Shown in pieces: positions 28,520 through 44,379 of a stretch of 64,000 nucleotides of DNA. The stretch is from NCBI RefSeq assembly GCF_009914755.1, contig NC_060928.1, one strand, 5' to 3'. The notes under the pieces are model-generated. The model was not told the DNA's origin. It saw only the letters and a list, made by a program, of their open reading frames with translations, and searched no databases. Positions within the stretch are counted from its first letter, which is position 1; every line of letters begins with the position of its first letter. The stretch is from the human T2T-CHM13v2.0 reference genome, Homo sapiens. Made by a program: the position numbers and the translations under genes.

Positions 28520-29500
28520 GGATTAAGGTTAACATCAACATCAATAAGTCATACGAATACTATGTAACTGTATTAGTTTCTTAGGGCTGTTGTATCAAAG
28601 TACCACTTACTAGGTGATTTAAATAACAGAAATATATTTTCTCACAGTTCTACAGATCAGAAGCCCAAAATGAAGGTGGCAGGACCATGCTCTCTAGAAG
28701 GCTCTAAGGCAGAATGTGTTCCATGCCTTTCTCTTACTTTCTGGTGTTGAAGGCAATCGTCAGCATTCCTTGGCTTACAGCTGCATCACACCAATCTTTC
28801 CCTGAGTCATCACATGACATTGTCTCTGTTTCTGGTTTTACTTGGCTGTCTTCTTAAAAGAGCACCAGCCATATTAGATTATAAACCCACCCTTTAATGC
28901 AGTGTGACTTCATTTTAATTTAACTAATTACATCTGCAGCAACCTTATTTCCAAATAAAATCATATTCTGAGGTAACAAGGTTAGGACTTCAATAAATTT
29001 TTTTTGAGGGAACACAATTCAACCCATAAGAGTACCCTTGATGGAATATAATGAAAGTGACACTTTACCCTTTCGATTTTCTTCCCCCAAACCCAAAATC
29101 CCATTCTAATAATAAAAACCATCAGAAAAATCTCAATTTAGAAACAAGCTACAGAAATTTATTTGACCAGTGCTCCTCAAGATGTAAAGGTTATGCAAAA
29201 CAAAAAAAAGTCTGAGAAACTGTCACAGTTAAATGGAATCTAAGGAGATCTGACAGTACAATGTAATCTGATATTCTAGATGGGGTTCTGAAATAGACAA
29301 AGATGGTGGGTAAAAACTAAGAAAATTTAAATAAAATATAAACTTTATTTAATGTAATGTAATTAATTACAACAAATATAATTATAGTAAGGTGTTAATA
29401 ATAAGATAAATTTATTAGTTACTGGGTTATACAGGAATTTGCTATACTGTCTTCAGAAGATTTTTCTGAATATCTAAAGCTGTTCTAAAAGTTTATTTAA
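28520..29500 (+). mobile_element. L1MC/MD 3'UTR fragment interrupted by MLT1
   Basis: aaggttaacatcaacatcaataagtcat ... gaccagtgctcctcaa...aaagtctgagaaactgtcacag. Confidence 0.75.
28569..29031 (-). mobile_element. MLT1C-like solo LTR
   Basis: tgtattagtttcttagggctg ... acacaattcaacccataaga; flanks gtaac/gtacc. Confidence 0.88.
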
Positions 29501-30199
29501 AAATATATTTCCTATTGTGGTAAGGAATGAGATAATAAATGTAAAGTGATTTGTACAATGCATTACACATAACAGATGCTGTATAGTAGCAATTGCTTAT
29601 TTATGTTTTATATCTTTATAAATATTTACATAAATTTTGAATAATAATTAGCAAGTAATAAAATAAATTCACATTTTAATGTGAACTTCCTTCTTCCTAT
29701 TTTTAATAGGAATTTAGCATTCTAAATATGTATCTCTTGCTGGGATCTCCAATGAATGAACATAGTTTAGCAAATTTATAATTTGTACTAGCGTTTAGAT
29801 TGCAATTGTCAAAGGTGATAGTTTAAGTAAAAGTTTTTGCCTTGATGATAGTAAATTGAAATTAGTTGGAATTTTATAAATGCATGGAATTTAATAGTGC
29901 TTAAAATTTCTGGATAGAGACAAGCCTAATTTCCACATGCTGACAATGGTTCTGATCAGGAAACTTAAGGTTATTATAGATACTGCCGCTTCTCAGTACA
30001 AACATGATACTGCATGATCGTGGTTGCTTGGTTTATTTCACTTAATGAAGAGACTTGAATCTTTATGAAGATTATTCTGTTTAACTGATAGAGACTCCAA
30101 GTCCCAATTTTGGAAAAGCAAAGGATGATTTGTAACTGTAAGTACTCTGATAAGGAGTAATTGAGTGACTAGTACAGGCTACTTCCTGCAGTGGTCTAC

Positions 30200-30720
30200 A
30201 AAATCCAACACAATCCATCATTGTCTCTTCAAAGACATCTGCCTCTTTTTCCCTCGTTGACTCTGCTTTAAAATCAGGAGGTCTCATTGCTAGTCCTCCA
30301 ACACACCAAATCAGCTCCTACCTCAGGGCCTTTCCACTGTCTTGTTCAGAGAATTCTTCTCCATTGCTGTCTCTCTCCCCTCTGTCAGGCCTTTGCACTA
30401 ATTTCAGTCGGTAAAGCCATCCTTTACCACTCTGTTTAAAAATTATAGTACTGCTCTGGCCCTCTACCCATGCTATCCCCCTTCCTTACCCTACTTTTCT
30501 CCACAGCTATTCTCCTTTCACACAATTGTTCTCCAATTGTTCTCAGTTGTTCTCTAATTGTTCTCAGTTGTTCTCTAATTTTAGCTTGCACATGGTGTTT
30601 TCACTAAATTGAAGACAATAACTTTGTCCTGTTTTGTTTTCCACTGTAATCTAGTGCCCCGAACATTGTCTGCAACTTACCAGGTGCTGAGTAAATATTT
30701 GCAGAATAAAAGGTAAACAA
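30200..30720 (+). mobile_element. L2 3' end containing a small tandem array
   Basis: ctcctacctcagggcctttccactg ... caggtgctgagtaaatatttgcagaat. Confidence 0.75.
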
Positions 30721-30945
30721 TAAAAAGTTAATGAATTTATTATTTACTGAAATTCTACAATATTTTTGTTCCCTTTTTAAATGTTATTCATTGTTTTATC
30801 TAGTTGGGAAATTATATTTATGTTGTATATTTTGCATATAAGCAGAAATAAAATTGATATTATGTCATAGAAATTCCAAATATCCATGGAATCATTATGA
30901 ATTTGACAAATGGGTCATTATGGTCTAATATATGATGTATTTGTC

Positions 30946-31226
30946 TTCTTGGAGACAGAGTCTTGATCTGTAGCCCAGGCTGGAGTGCAGTGGCACCATC
31001 ACGGTTCACTGCAGCCTCCATCTCACCGAGCTCAAGGACTCCCAAGTAGCTGAGACTACAGGCACACACCACCATGCTCATCTAATTTTTATATTTTTTG
31101 TAGTGACAAGGTTTCGTCATGTTGCCCAGGCTGGTGTCAAACTCATGGGCTCAAGCAATCCATCCACCTTGGACTCCTCCAATGTTGGGATTACAGGCTT
31201 GAGCCACTGTACCACTGTACGTGGCA
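30946..31226 (-). mobile_element. AluJ (small internal deletion, tail decayed)
   Basis: gagacagagtcttg...cactgcagcctcca...gggctcaagcaatccatccacc. Confidence 0.9.
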
Positions 31227-32339
31227 TCATGTTATCTCCTCAGTCTCTATTATACAGTCAAATACAAAGATCCTATAAGGACAAACAGTATCAGAATGTT
31301 CTTACCATTCTTTAAAACACCTTATTTCTTACTGAAATAAGATGATTAAATATCTTTCTGTCATCTACTACTTACTCTGGATTGTAATTCATTATTTTCA
31401 GTTGAAGACTTTATACACTTGACTTATTAAAATAATAGATTATAAAGATTTCTCTGGCAACATGCAGATAGATTACCCGTTTATATAATAAAAGAACTTG
31501 CTGCATTTTTATTAGCATGCCATGATTCTGATAATGCACTTATCCTCTCATAAAAACATTAATTTTGATGTATGGCATAGATGAGGACTAAACAGTAAAC
31601 ATAAAAAGAAACAGTGTAATGATTTAGATCTATGGGTGGCTTCTAAATTAGTCATCAACTAAAGAAATTAAAACGATGAAGATATCAGTGTCATCAAATA
31701 AATATGGATATTTGTTTGATAAACTAAAGCAGATAACAAGACTGCAAGAAGACAATCTTTCTACATACTTTTACACATGTATGGTATTTACCTTCAATAA
31801 TATATCATTTTGGTCACTACACAATACAATGCAATTACATAAATTAAAATGAGTCAAAAATTCTAAAAGATGCTATTAACTTTACGTTTCTTTTCTTTGC
31901 ATATTTGCTATAATTCCAGTTCTTTGAAATATATTTTATCTTTTTACTGTAGCTTTTCAACCAGTTAAAACCTAATCATTTATTCAATTTGCCTGCACTG
32001 AAGAAAAAGGATATGCAGACTTTCTCTTCATAGTTTATGCTTTGCTGATGGTATTTATCTCCATAATTAACATATATTGTATTCTCATGTTTAAAAAGAT
32101 GGCATAAATGACTTAAGAAACTGTAATAAGAGAAAAGAATTAATAGAATAAAACCTAACCATATATACACCCCTAGATTTAGCTTTTGTGAATGTCTTAT
32201 ACTTTATCCAAAAAAATTTTGGTGACTACAGAATATTTAATAATGCTATATCACAATATTTACCTATTCCTGCACTGCTTTAAATGTTGGCTTTATTTTT
32301 GTCATTGCAAGTAATGTTATAATTAAAATCCTTGGACAT

Positions 32340-32760
32340 TGTCTAATTTGGATGCCTCATAAAACAGAGCCAGGACAAAGATCTGGTGCAGGTGTTCCAC
32401 AAAGAAGGCGAACTCAGTAAGCAGGTCAGAGGGAGCAGGTAGAGGCAGCTCAGGAAGGGAAAGAGCAAATGGGGGAGGGGTTTATAGCTAAGTGCTGTCG
32501 GCCTCTGGGGCTTAATCCTCCTTGGGCCTGTCCAGGAACTTTGGAATGTACTCCAGAATTATTTCTCCTAAAGACAGGGGAGGATTTATCTGTTTCGTTC
32601 CCTTTGTGGAGGTTTGCCTCTGCCTCTCTCACTTCCTAGTTGCTCTGAACACAGGTGGAACCAGCTGAAGAGGCTTAGGAAGTCTGGAGCGGCTAAGCAC
32701 AGGGTTGTGGTGAGTGCCTGAGCAGGGCATTTTCAGCTTGTTTGAAGAACTGTCTGCGGT
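32340..32760. mobile_element. Old ERVL LTR (LTR33/LTR16-like)
   Basis: tgtctaatttggatgcctcataaaacagagccaggacaaagatctggtgcagg resembles the LTR33 terminus; local GC-rich island. Confidence 0.5.
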
Positions 32761-33089
32761 AGCTGCAGATGAAATGAAACCTGGATCTCTGGTAGAGAGA
32801 CCTTCTCTAGGTTCTGACCAAGATCACAGTGAAAAGCCAGGTGCTGTCTGCAGTTCCAGTTCACTCCAGTCACCAGTCCTAGATCAGGGCTCTGGCAGCA
32901 CGACTTCTCCTTGCTGACTTTATAGTGCTGGTTGCAGTGACTTTGCAACCTTAGACCCTCTGGGTCATCTGGAGTCCTGGCCCAGTGGGAGGACATGGGA
33001 TCACCAAGGAACCTCTTCAATGAACCTTTCAAAGGAAATTGACAAAATGCCAGGTTCCAAATATTCCCTCTTTTCTCAGACTTTTCCAA

Positions 33090-33500
33090 TAGTATGCAAA
33101 TGTGGCATTTTATTTTCCAATCTTAAAAATAATAATAACATTACTCTAGACCCTCTTTCCTTTTTACCTATCATTGCATTCCTATCCTTTCCTTTACAAC
33201 TAAACTGAACTGTATGGGTGTGTGCGTGTGTGTGTATGTGTGTGTGTGTGTTTGTGTATTTTCCACTCACAGTTTGAAATTCCCCTCCTCCTATTTTCTT
33301 TTGAAAATATTCAGTTAGGCTTTTGCCATTAATCCACGGAAATCTCCATTACAAAGGAGGTCACTAAATCCAATGTCAGACTTATTTGACTTATTAACAA
33401 CATTTGATAAAACTATATTTCTTCTTCTCCCTTCAAAAATTTCTTCACTTTATTTAAAGAGTTTTTCCTCCTGCATAATTAATTGCTTTATCTCAGGCTC
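33090..33500 (+). mobile_element. L2 fragment containing (TG)n at 33213-33258
   Basis: aggtcactaaatccaatgtc...cttatttgacttattaacaacatttgata. Confidence 0.55.
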
Positions 33501-34216
33501 CTATGGTAGTACAAATAATTAAATGTTACATAACATATTTTCCCTTAATTTTTGCCTCTAAGTTGAAGAAAATGAAGGAAAACGTATCTCTATGTTTCTT
33601 TAAATTTCACTATAATCACTACTGGGTGTCAAACCTTTATATCAAGGGTTTGGTATTTTTATACCATCTTTCTTTCTTGAAATATAGATTAATATTATGT
33701 GCTAAATACTTATAAAAGCAATTCAATACTTTGTTGAGAAGATTTCTAAAATTACTACTCAATTTCCTTATGGGAGGTAACAATGGAAGATGAGGGGTCT
33801 GAGTTTATTCATCCAGGAAAGAGGTAAATACATAATATTAGGCAAGAAGGTATGAAAATACTGCTTATAAATCAATTTCTAAACATAATTCTACCTCACT
33901 GGTTATTAATTTACTCATATCTGAATAAAATGTGCAAGGAATTATTGAATAATTATTCTAGGTATTTTATAGTTTCAAATACTTTCTTTAATGTTTACAG
34001 AAAGACAACTTGAACATTGTTGGATATGCGAAAGCAAACTTTACTTACAATTTCATCAAATGCTGAATTGTCTCTGCTGTAACATGCTCTCCCTGAGACT
34101 TTATTCAAAGAATGGACCTTCATGGGTTTCTTATTGAACTCTTAAATCAGTAAGCCTCCTTTGACATTACATTCAGCAAAGTAACTGCTTAAGTCAAATT
34201 TGTCTTAGAAGACCTT

Positions 34217-34250
34217 AGAGACAGGTCAGAGACAGGTCAGAGACAGGTAA
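34217..34250 (+). promoter_or_regulatory. 11-bp tandem repeat (AGAGACAGGTC x3) forming a consensus DR5 motif AGGTCA-n5-AGGTCA (motif only; function untested)
   Basis: AGGTCA at 34223-34228 and 34234-34239, AGGTAA at 34245-34250, each separated by GAGAC. Confidence 0.4.
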
Positions 34251-34329
34251 AAATTAAAACACATTCTAACTGATTAATTATTTCATCTATGAGTAAATAT
34301 TATAGAAATTAGATTATTAGAATTACGAT

Positions 34330-34746
<417 letters not shown>

Positions 34747-36063
34747 TGAATTATAATTTGAAGTAAATTATTTAAATATGTTTGGAAACTAATGTATTAA
34801 AATAATGAGAACCTGAATATTATAATTCACTAATTATATATTTAAATATTTTTTCTAATGTTTTACATCTTGTTTGCATAGATGAATTATGCATGAACTT
34901 AGAAAATATTGAATTTGGTAAAATTAAAATTAATAATTTCCCTTTTAAAATATATGTTCTCTAAATAATTATTAATTTATTAAATTTAATAATGCCAAAT
35001 GACATCACATTTGTCTTGAAATTTAATTTTACTTTTATTATATTTTAAAATACAAGGGTGCTAAAATATTACAAATATTTTAATATTTTAAATTTATTTA
35101 GCTAATAAAAAACATAATAGTTCAATGCTTCAAGTGCTGAACTTTCAGCTTTTAGTTAGGCAAAATAGTATAACAATTTTTTATTTAAAGTCATATTTAT
35201 CTGAGTCTTTTAAATGTATTGCTTACAATTTATTTTAATCTGAATTGATTAAATTGAAGAAGCTTAAGTTTAAAACATAAAAGCATATGTAGATAAAGAA
35301 GGAATTGCAATAAACAAAGCAATTGGTAATTTTCTTCCTTCAAATCCAAACAGTTTAAAAATAATCTATTTCTACCATCCTACCATTACCCTTCTCATTC
35401 ATCAGATAAATTGGTTAAAATAATTCCCAGTAGTGTGGTATGCAAGTCATTCTCATATACATCATCCTGTATTCTACCTTCACCTTGCATCTGAGATAGG
35501 CAGGACAAACTTTGTTTTATTATCACTGTCTGTGTGAGGAAGAACTGGATGCTGAGATATAATGTGCCAAGTTCAAGATTGAAAACCAATCTAACTTAGT
35601 AACTAACGCCTGGCAATATTGTGTTGTCTTCAGAGTTTTGGTATACAAAATATTATTAAGGTAAATTGTTAAGCAAATAATACAATACCATGAAAGCAAA
35701 TATGTTCTCATTTTAATGATCATTTTACTTCTGACAAAAAACTTACCATAATATACACTTTTTTGAAACTATTCCTCATGATGGAGAATATTTGCAAATA
35801 AATTATGTCGTAAATAGAACAAAAAGAGGCCAAATTTGAAATCCCTTAAAATGAATGATTAGCTTTGGTGTGTTTTTCTTTGCTGTTTATGTTATTATTT
35901 AATGAGGGAGCTTTTTTAATTTTAAACATGGTTGAATACAAAGAATTTAACAGCATCAACTTCTAACGGAGCATCTGTCAGTGTTAGGCTTTATAGCACA
36001 CACTTTTCAAAGTTTAGCTTTTTAAAATTTTTCTTCAAATTTTTGCTTTATGTATTATTGTCC

Positions 36064-36574
36064 TGTAGTAGAGGCAATATTTTATCTCTGACCTCTTAGG
36101 GTTTCTGGCTGGGCCTGATAATTGAATTGATATAAGACAGATTAACAAAAGTATATACATTTATGTAAGTTTTATAGAACATGGGAGCTCTCATAAAGAA
36201 ATGATGACTCAAAGAAGTGGCAAAACTTAAATGCTTTGATTGTAGGTTAGACAGAGGCAATTGAGGGAAAGTAGCTAAACCAGGTGAGAAGGCTAAGAAA
36301 TGATAAAAAATTATTCTAATAAGATCTGTTTTTTACAGAATTATCTTAGTCCCCACTTCCCATTCTTGATAAGAATGTTACTCTCCTTCTGGTACAGGGA
36401 GTTAATCTACACAAGGGTTTTATCCTCTGCTTTCAGGAAAAAAGAGGGGAGAGTCAGAGTCTCCATCTTGCATTGTTGTTGTTGTTGTTGTTGTTGTTTT
36501 TAAGTGCCTTTAGCTCAAAATGATCCTTATGCCAAAATGGTATATCTGGGTTACACAGGGCCATAACCTTTTCA
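36064..36574 (-). mobile_element. ERV1 solo LTR (MER34-like) with internal (TTG)n
   Basis: TG...CA; ataagacagattaaca...tgcctttagctcaaaatgatccttatgccaaaatgg. Confidence 0.7.
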
Positions 36575-36673
36575 TAGAAAAACTCCAAGAATGATTTTTT
36601 TTAAATTAACTTGACCGCAAACTTGAAAACAATCACATGACTAATGACTATGTTCCTAGAATACTCACATTAG

Positions 36674-37356
<683 letters not shown>

Positions 37357-38270
37357 ACTTCCTTAATTTTTGAAAGTATTTATAGTGCATTTGGGGAGTT
37401 AATAATTATGCACATATTATTGTAGAATTTTCTTGCTTTTCTGGCTTCAAGGAAAATTCAAGCTGGTATTTAATTCAGTCCCATTCAAAGACTGATGCTC
37501 ATGACATTCCCTTCTCCACTCTACTACAATCCTAAGAATCATGGACCACTCACTGTACTTATTTGTAATGTAGGGACTGGGTTTATAAGTGTCCAAGTTA
37601 TTGAAAATGGTTGTCCACAGAGTGTTTTTATTGCTGAGAAATGTCTTGGAGTTTGAGTTGATAATTGTCATTGGGAAGTCCACAGCTGATGACAAGAAAA
37701 CATGTTAATACCATTCTTTAAGTTGGCTCCCACTTCTTTTTCTGATGATGGTGATTTAGGAGCTTGCCCAGGGTGCTAGGCAACCATGCTGTGCTGACTT
37801 TCTTCCTTTCACATGGTCTCTTCTGGTCAGATTTCCTTTATCATATGTCCTAGTTATCTCATCCCAAGTCCCAGTGACTCAGTTTCACACTGAAGCTAGG
37901 CAAATTTCCGCCTCTTTATCCCTTTTTTCCCCAATATATTGTTTATGGTATAAATGCTATGTTTGTTTCCTTCATTTCTTAGCCTTTAGGCATCCAATTG
38001 CTTTATTGTCCCAAAAAACTCTGAAAAGGATGTTCTATTTTTGTTTCAAGGCTGCAGTCTCTCTTCCCCAGTTGAAAATCTCAATGAATTTGCATTCCTT
38101 TTATTGGCCTATTCCCCTGGAGCATCTGAGTCAAAAAAAGGCAAGTTGGCAATAGGTTAGAGCCTTAGTTATTCTCTCTAAATTTGCTTTGGTGGAAAGC
38201 AAGCTGGAGGTGTAAAAAAGGGAGATGACAGCTTACTATAGCCTTTCCTCTCTCTTTTCCAGTTCCTGCC

Positions 38271-39039
<769 letters not shown>

Positions 39040-41224
39040 CTGCCTTTTGTTATCTTATAACCAGACATGGTCTCTGGGACATTGTTAAAGAAATTATGAA
39101 GCAGAAAAAACTTTTGAAACTCAAGTTGGCTTCTAGAACATCTTTTCTTAGAATTAAAGAGGATGTGCTTACTCAGTTACAGTTGTTCTATACTACAATA
39201 GACATAGTAACAACCATTACTTGAACAACTGAGCAGATACCATATTTCATTTACTAAACTAATAACTTTAATAAATTAAAAAATAATGTCTTGAAGTACT
39301 GTTATGCACTAATATGTATCATTAAATGTACTTTAAAGATTATCATAGTGAAAGTTGGACAATATATATTTCTCAAGATCACGTAACTGACAAGTAGTAT
39401 ATTTGTAATTAGAAGCCAAATCTTTCTAACCTCAAACTCTTTCCTTAAAACACTAAATTATTCTTTCCTGCTTTTTAGCCTAAGCCTGCTCATAACAGCT
39501 TACTTCATACTCTAAGAAACATATAAAGTATAGTAATGTTTACTATACTCATAGTTTGTAAAGAAGGGAAGTGTTCAACAAAATGAACCTGGGAATGAAA
39601 TAGAAACTTGTTATTGAAAAGATCTCCTTCCAACAAATTGAAGGTGGATGTCTTTTCTTTCTTGCCAGTTCAATAGAAAATCTTGCATTTTAAATATGTT
39701 TGCTACCCATAAATTTAGATTTACTTTTTGATTTTCATATGGTGTTTTAGGAATTTTGAAAATGTTGGATTTAAATAGAATATCTCTGTATTTGCCAAAA
39801 TTTATCTAAAAGTTATTTTTTTCTAGAGAAGGCTTAGCCCACAAAAGTTCCAGCCAGTTCACAGAATCTCCTCATTTTAAAAAATTAACTATTCTCCATA
39901 TGGAGATATATAAAAACATAAATTTACATTAGGTCTTGAGATAATTCAAGTAGTAGAATCTGAGAGTTGGCAGTGAGGTGAATGGAATGTTACTTTAGAA
40001 CAGTTCTCAAGGAATAATTCTCCTAAAGATTAATTTCAATTTTAAATCAAACAAGTTTAAATGACTATGAGAGTATTGGGGGAAAGTCCAACATGGGCAT
40101 ATTCTCTGAGATGGGAGGTCATTTTGAGCAGCTTTCTTTTAGGATAGACACAAATTATTTGAATTTCAATCATAAAGACATAGTCATTAGAGGTTTATTT
40201 TAAATTTACTACTAACTAGTTGTGTTCTTTTTATGAAAAAAATAGTGATGGCATCTCATGTTGGTATTTCCTTTATGGGTTATGTGAGATAAAAATTGAA
40301 TTCCATTTTGTAGTATCTTGATCAAACTTTGGTAGTTAACCATGAACCAAATAATAACGATACTACTACTACTACTTTTGTTAATAACAATAATAATAAA
40401 GATCCAATTTGAGTGATCCAAGAGAACACTGAAGTAGAAATACAGTTAACCAAGATATAATGTAATGTTAAAATTTGATCTTTTGTAAGAATATATTGTG
40501 AATATTAATATAATTATTTTTAAATAAACTCCTAAATTTTTCCATAATTTTTGAAATTATTTCAAATATTAACACTTAAAGCATTTATTCCATCTAATAT
40601 CACTATGGTGCTATTTCATGACATTTACCATTTCAGAGCCATATGTGGTCAACCTTCATTTCATACTCTTATAGATAGCACCTTTTCAATTTATTTACTT
40701 GATAGAATAAAAGATGTGAGATCCGAGTGAAGGAATGTTTATATAGGAAACCAGTAACAAATTTCCAGCTACTCATCAAAGTGTTGTTATATAAATCAAA
40801 ATGTTAAATCAACTAAAACTTAAAATTTAGGTCTTCTAAAAAAGGGAAAACCATTTTAAGGAACAAGAGTGATCCTATAAACCTCTTTAATAAATTCAGA
40901 TTTAAAAGAGGTCAAAAAAAGTATGTGAAATTTGGGAGCAACGCAAGAAGATGGGCTGCACATCATTTCAATGTCACATGAATTAACATCTGTTCAACTA
41001 TCATCTGCGTAAATATATACTTAGTTAACTCACTGTTTCGTATTAAGGAAAATTCCCAGATCTATTAAATTTACATGATAACTCATAGATTTTATACAGT
41101 AGCCCTTCAGATAATTTCTCTTCAGTGGAACAGATAACCCTGAAAATCGATGGCCCTATTAGACTTTAATTAACCATTTGTAGCTAATCTAGAAACTCAA
41201 CTTGAAAACATGATTTAAACCAGT

Positions 41225-41588
41225 TGTCTTAGGTTGTTTGGGCTGCTGTAACAAAATCCTTTAAACTGGGTTATTAGTAAACAACAGAAATTTATTGTTC
41301 ACAGTTCTGGATGCTGGAAAGTCCAAGATCAAGGCATCAGCAAATTTGATGTCTGGTGGGTGCTCATGCCTCATAGATGGTGCCTGCTATGTGTCCTCAC
41401 ATAGCTGAAGGGCAAAAGGGTAAACCAGCTCCCTCAGCCCTCTTTTGTAAAGACACCAATCCCATTCATGACGGCTCCACCTCACCACCTAGTCACTTTC
41501 CAAAGGAACTGCCTCTTAATACCAACATATTGGATACTTTATTGCAGCATACAAATTTTGGTGGCATATAAGCATTCAAACAATAGCA
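41225..41588 (-). mobile_element. MSTD/MLT1A-like solo LTR
   Basis: tgtcttaggttgtttgggctgctgtaacaaa ... cattcaaacaatagca. Confidence 0.87.
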
Positions 41589-41754
41589 TTGGTTGTAAAA
41601 TCTTATGCTTCCCCCATTATATTGCCTGAAAAATGTAGGATAACAAAAATGAGTTTAAAAAACTCCATATATTACTTAGTTTCCTCCTGACTTTAAAAAG
41701 AATGGTATCTCAACTATATCAGACCATTAAGCCTTTTTCTCAAAAAAGTAATGT

Positions 41755-42560
41755 ATTTTATTTTTATGGCGGTTTTAGGCTTACAGAAAAAAATTGAGCA
41801 GAAAGTACATATTGTACATAACTTCCTGCCTCCATATGGTTTCTCCTATTATTATCTTACATTTGTGTGGTACATTTCTTGTAACTGATGAACCAATATG
41901 GATATATTATTATTAACTAATGTCTATAGTTTACATTAGGGTTCACTCTTTGTGCTGTACTGTTCTATAGGTTTTGACAAATGCATAATGTCATGGATTC
42001 ACCATTACAGGATCATATAGAATAGTCTTACTGCCCTAAAAAAAATCTTCTCTGTTACGTCTATTCATCTCTTCTTTCCTTCTTCCCTGAAATCTTGGCA
42101 ACCATTGATCTCTTTGTTGGGTATTTTTACTTTTGTGGAATGTTACGTAGTTGGAATCATGTGGTACATAGCCTTTTCAGACTAGTTTCTTTTACTAATG
42201 AGCATTTAAGGCTCATCCATGTGTTTTTGTGGATTGGTAAATCACTTAAAAAATCACTGAATGATATTACACTGTATGGCTATTCCACGGTTTGTTCTTT
42301 CACCTATTGAAGGACATCTTGGTTGTCTCCAATTTTTGACAATATGAGTAAAGCTGCCATAAACATCTCTTGAATGTTTTTGTATGGACTCATTTTGGTA
42401 AATATCAATGAGTACAATCACTGGATAATTTGGAGATGATAGGTTATTTTATAAGAAATTGCCAAACTATTTTCCAAAGTGGTTGTAAGACTTTGCATTC
42501 CCACCAGAAATTAATGAGAGTTCCTGTTGACATATATCCTCACCAGCATTTGGTGTCACA
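41755..42560 (-). mobile_element. L1MC-type 3' end
   Basis: ggttttaggcttacagaaaa...gtttacattagggttcactctttgtgctgtac...tttgcattcccaccag. Confidence 0.85.
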
Positions 42561-42956
42561 TTACTTCCCTTGAATAACAAACATTTTACAAAAATTCTCA
42601 TTAATATCCTACGAAAATCGTGGATGAAATGTGTATAACCTAAAACAAAGAAAGTACATGTTCTATCACATAAAGGAAAAACATAAGTAACTTATTAAGC
42701 AATAATTTGTATCGCAATGTATAAGTGCTTGAGCTTGACTCAGCCTGATATTATCATGCAGAAATCAAATGCTTGTACTTAAACTACTATTGCTAAGAGT
42801 GTAAGAGCTATGAACACAGACTGATATGAGGAGATTTTATGAGTGATGCAAATATCACAAATACTGGTGGCACCAAAATGATGATTTTTCTGAAATCTGA
42901 AATAAACTTGGTAAAATTTCATTTGAAACAAAAGTCTCCTTTCAATTTATTAAGTA

Positions 42957-43542
42957 CAGCGAGTGCTCACCTAAGGTCTTGGAAATGGCAACTTTAAGTA
43001 AAATAATGTATATTAAAACCAATTTTCCCATAAGCTAATTGATCTAAAGCTTTTATGGCATATTTCTGGTCACAAAAACATCACCAAACTTCTAAAGAAA
43101 GACCAAAATATTTCTGATATTAAACATTTAAAGAAATGTGAGCTATACGTACATTTAAGAAAGGTTAATAAAAACAAGTCAGATAATTATTTACCCAATT
43201 ATTCCAGTTCAGGATACTGGGTAGCCAAAGCTTATCTGGGCAGCTTAGGATGCAAGGAAGGAACTCACCTTGAACAGGAAACCAATTCCATCACAGGGCA
43301 CATTCACACACAGACCCACACTCACTCAGACCAGGAAAATTTAAACACCAATTCACCTACTATGCACATCTTTGGAATGTGGGATGAAGCCAGCGTACCT
43401 GGAGAAAACCCAGGAAGACATGGGGAGAATGGGCAAACTCCACACAGACAGAGGCCCTAGTGAAGTATCATTATTATTCTTTTCTCATCAATGTCATAAT
43501 AAAACAACATTGAACTAGATGAAATTTTTTGAGGGCCTGCTA
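42957..43542 (-). mobile_element. MER6A (TcMar-Tigger MITE carrying the V-SINE-like core)
   Basis: ttggaatgtgggatgaagccagcgtacctggagaaaaccca...catggggagaatgggcaaactccacacagaca; TA-flanked degenerate TIRs. Confidence 0.88.
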
Positions 43543-44379
43543 TAATTTTCTTACTAAAAACTTCAAAGTATATTTGGAAATAAACATGCAAAAATAGTAT
43601 ATATTAATATGCAAGTGTAGCTAAGTCTTGAAATGTTAAAAATAGTCCTTTAACTTATAAAACCGTTTCCTAAAACATCTGAAAATATTCAGAGATGGGA
43701 CTGCCCTATACAGAATATGGTGGCTAGTAACTCTAGCCCTAACCTATAAACTTCAACAGCTCAGCCCACCTGTGTAACAACCAAAATTCCTCTTAGGCTT
43801 ACAAAACATGCTAGTTTGGGCTACAGTACTCCACTGACTTGTATCATATTGAGTAGGACAAATTTAATAATTGCAAAGTATACTTATAAGCATATAAAAT
43901 CTTGAAGAAGGTTTAAATCTGAAAATTTAGATATAGTGAAAAGGCAATTTGATTTCAGTGCAATTGACTCAAAATTTATGATTTTATGTTGGTCTGAAAT
44001 AACATCTTTCCTAATGTGATCAGGTTGAGATTGTATTTTCTTACTGTATTTACTACAATTGTCCTTCCGTTCTTTTTTCCTCTTTATTCCAGGTGACTCT
44101 ATTCCATACTTTCATTAATAGGACTCTAAATCTTTACTAAATATTATTTCAAATATTTTTGAAGACAATTTTACCTTGAGATCTACTGTGTTTTTAAAGT
44201 TTTATTTTTTGGTCTTCAGATAATACTATAAGTCATGAAAAAAATCACATTTTTAGGGAATAAAATAATATGATTAATGCAAATTTTGGAGGACATTTAT
44301 CATTTTGAATCTTATGTAACCAATCAGGAAATATATGTAGTAAACATTACAAATAAACAGGAAAGAAGCTGTTAGAGAT

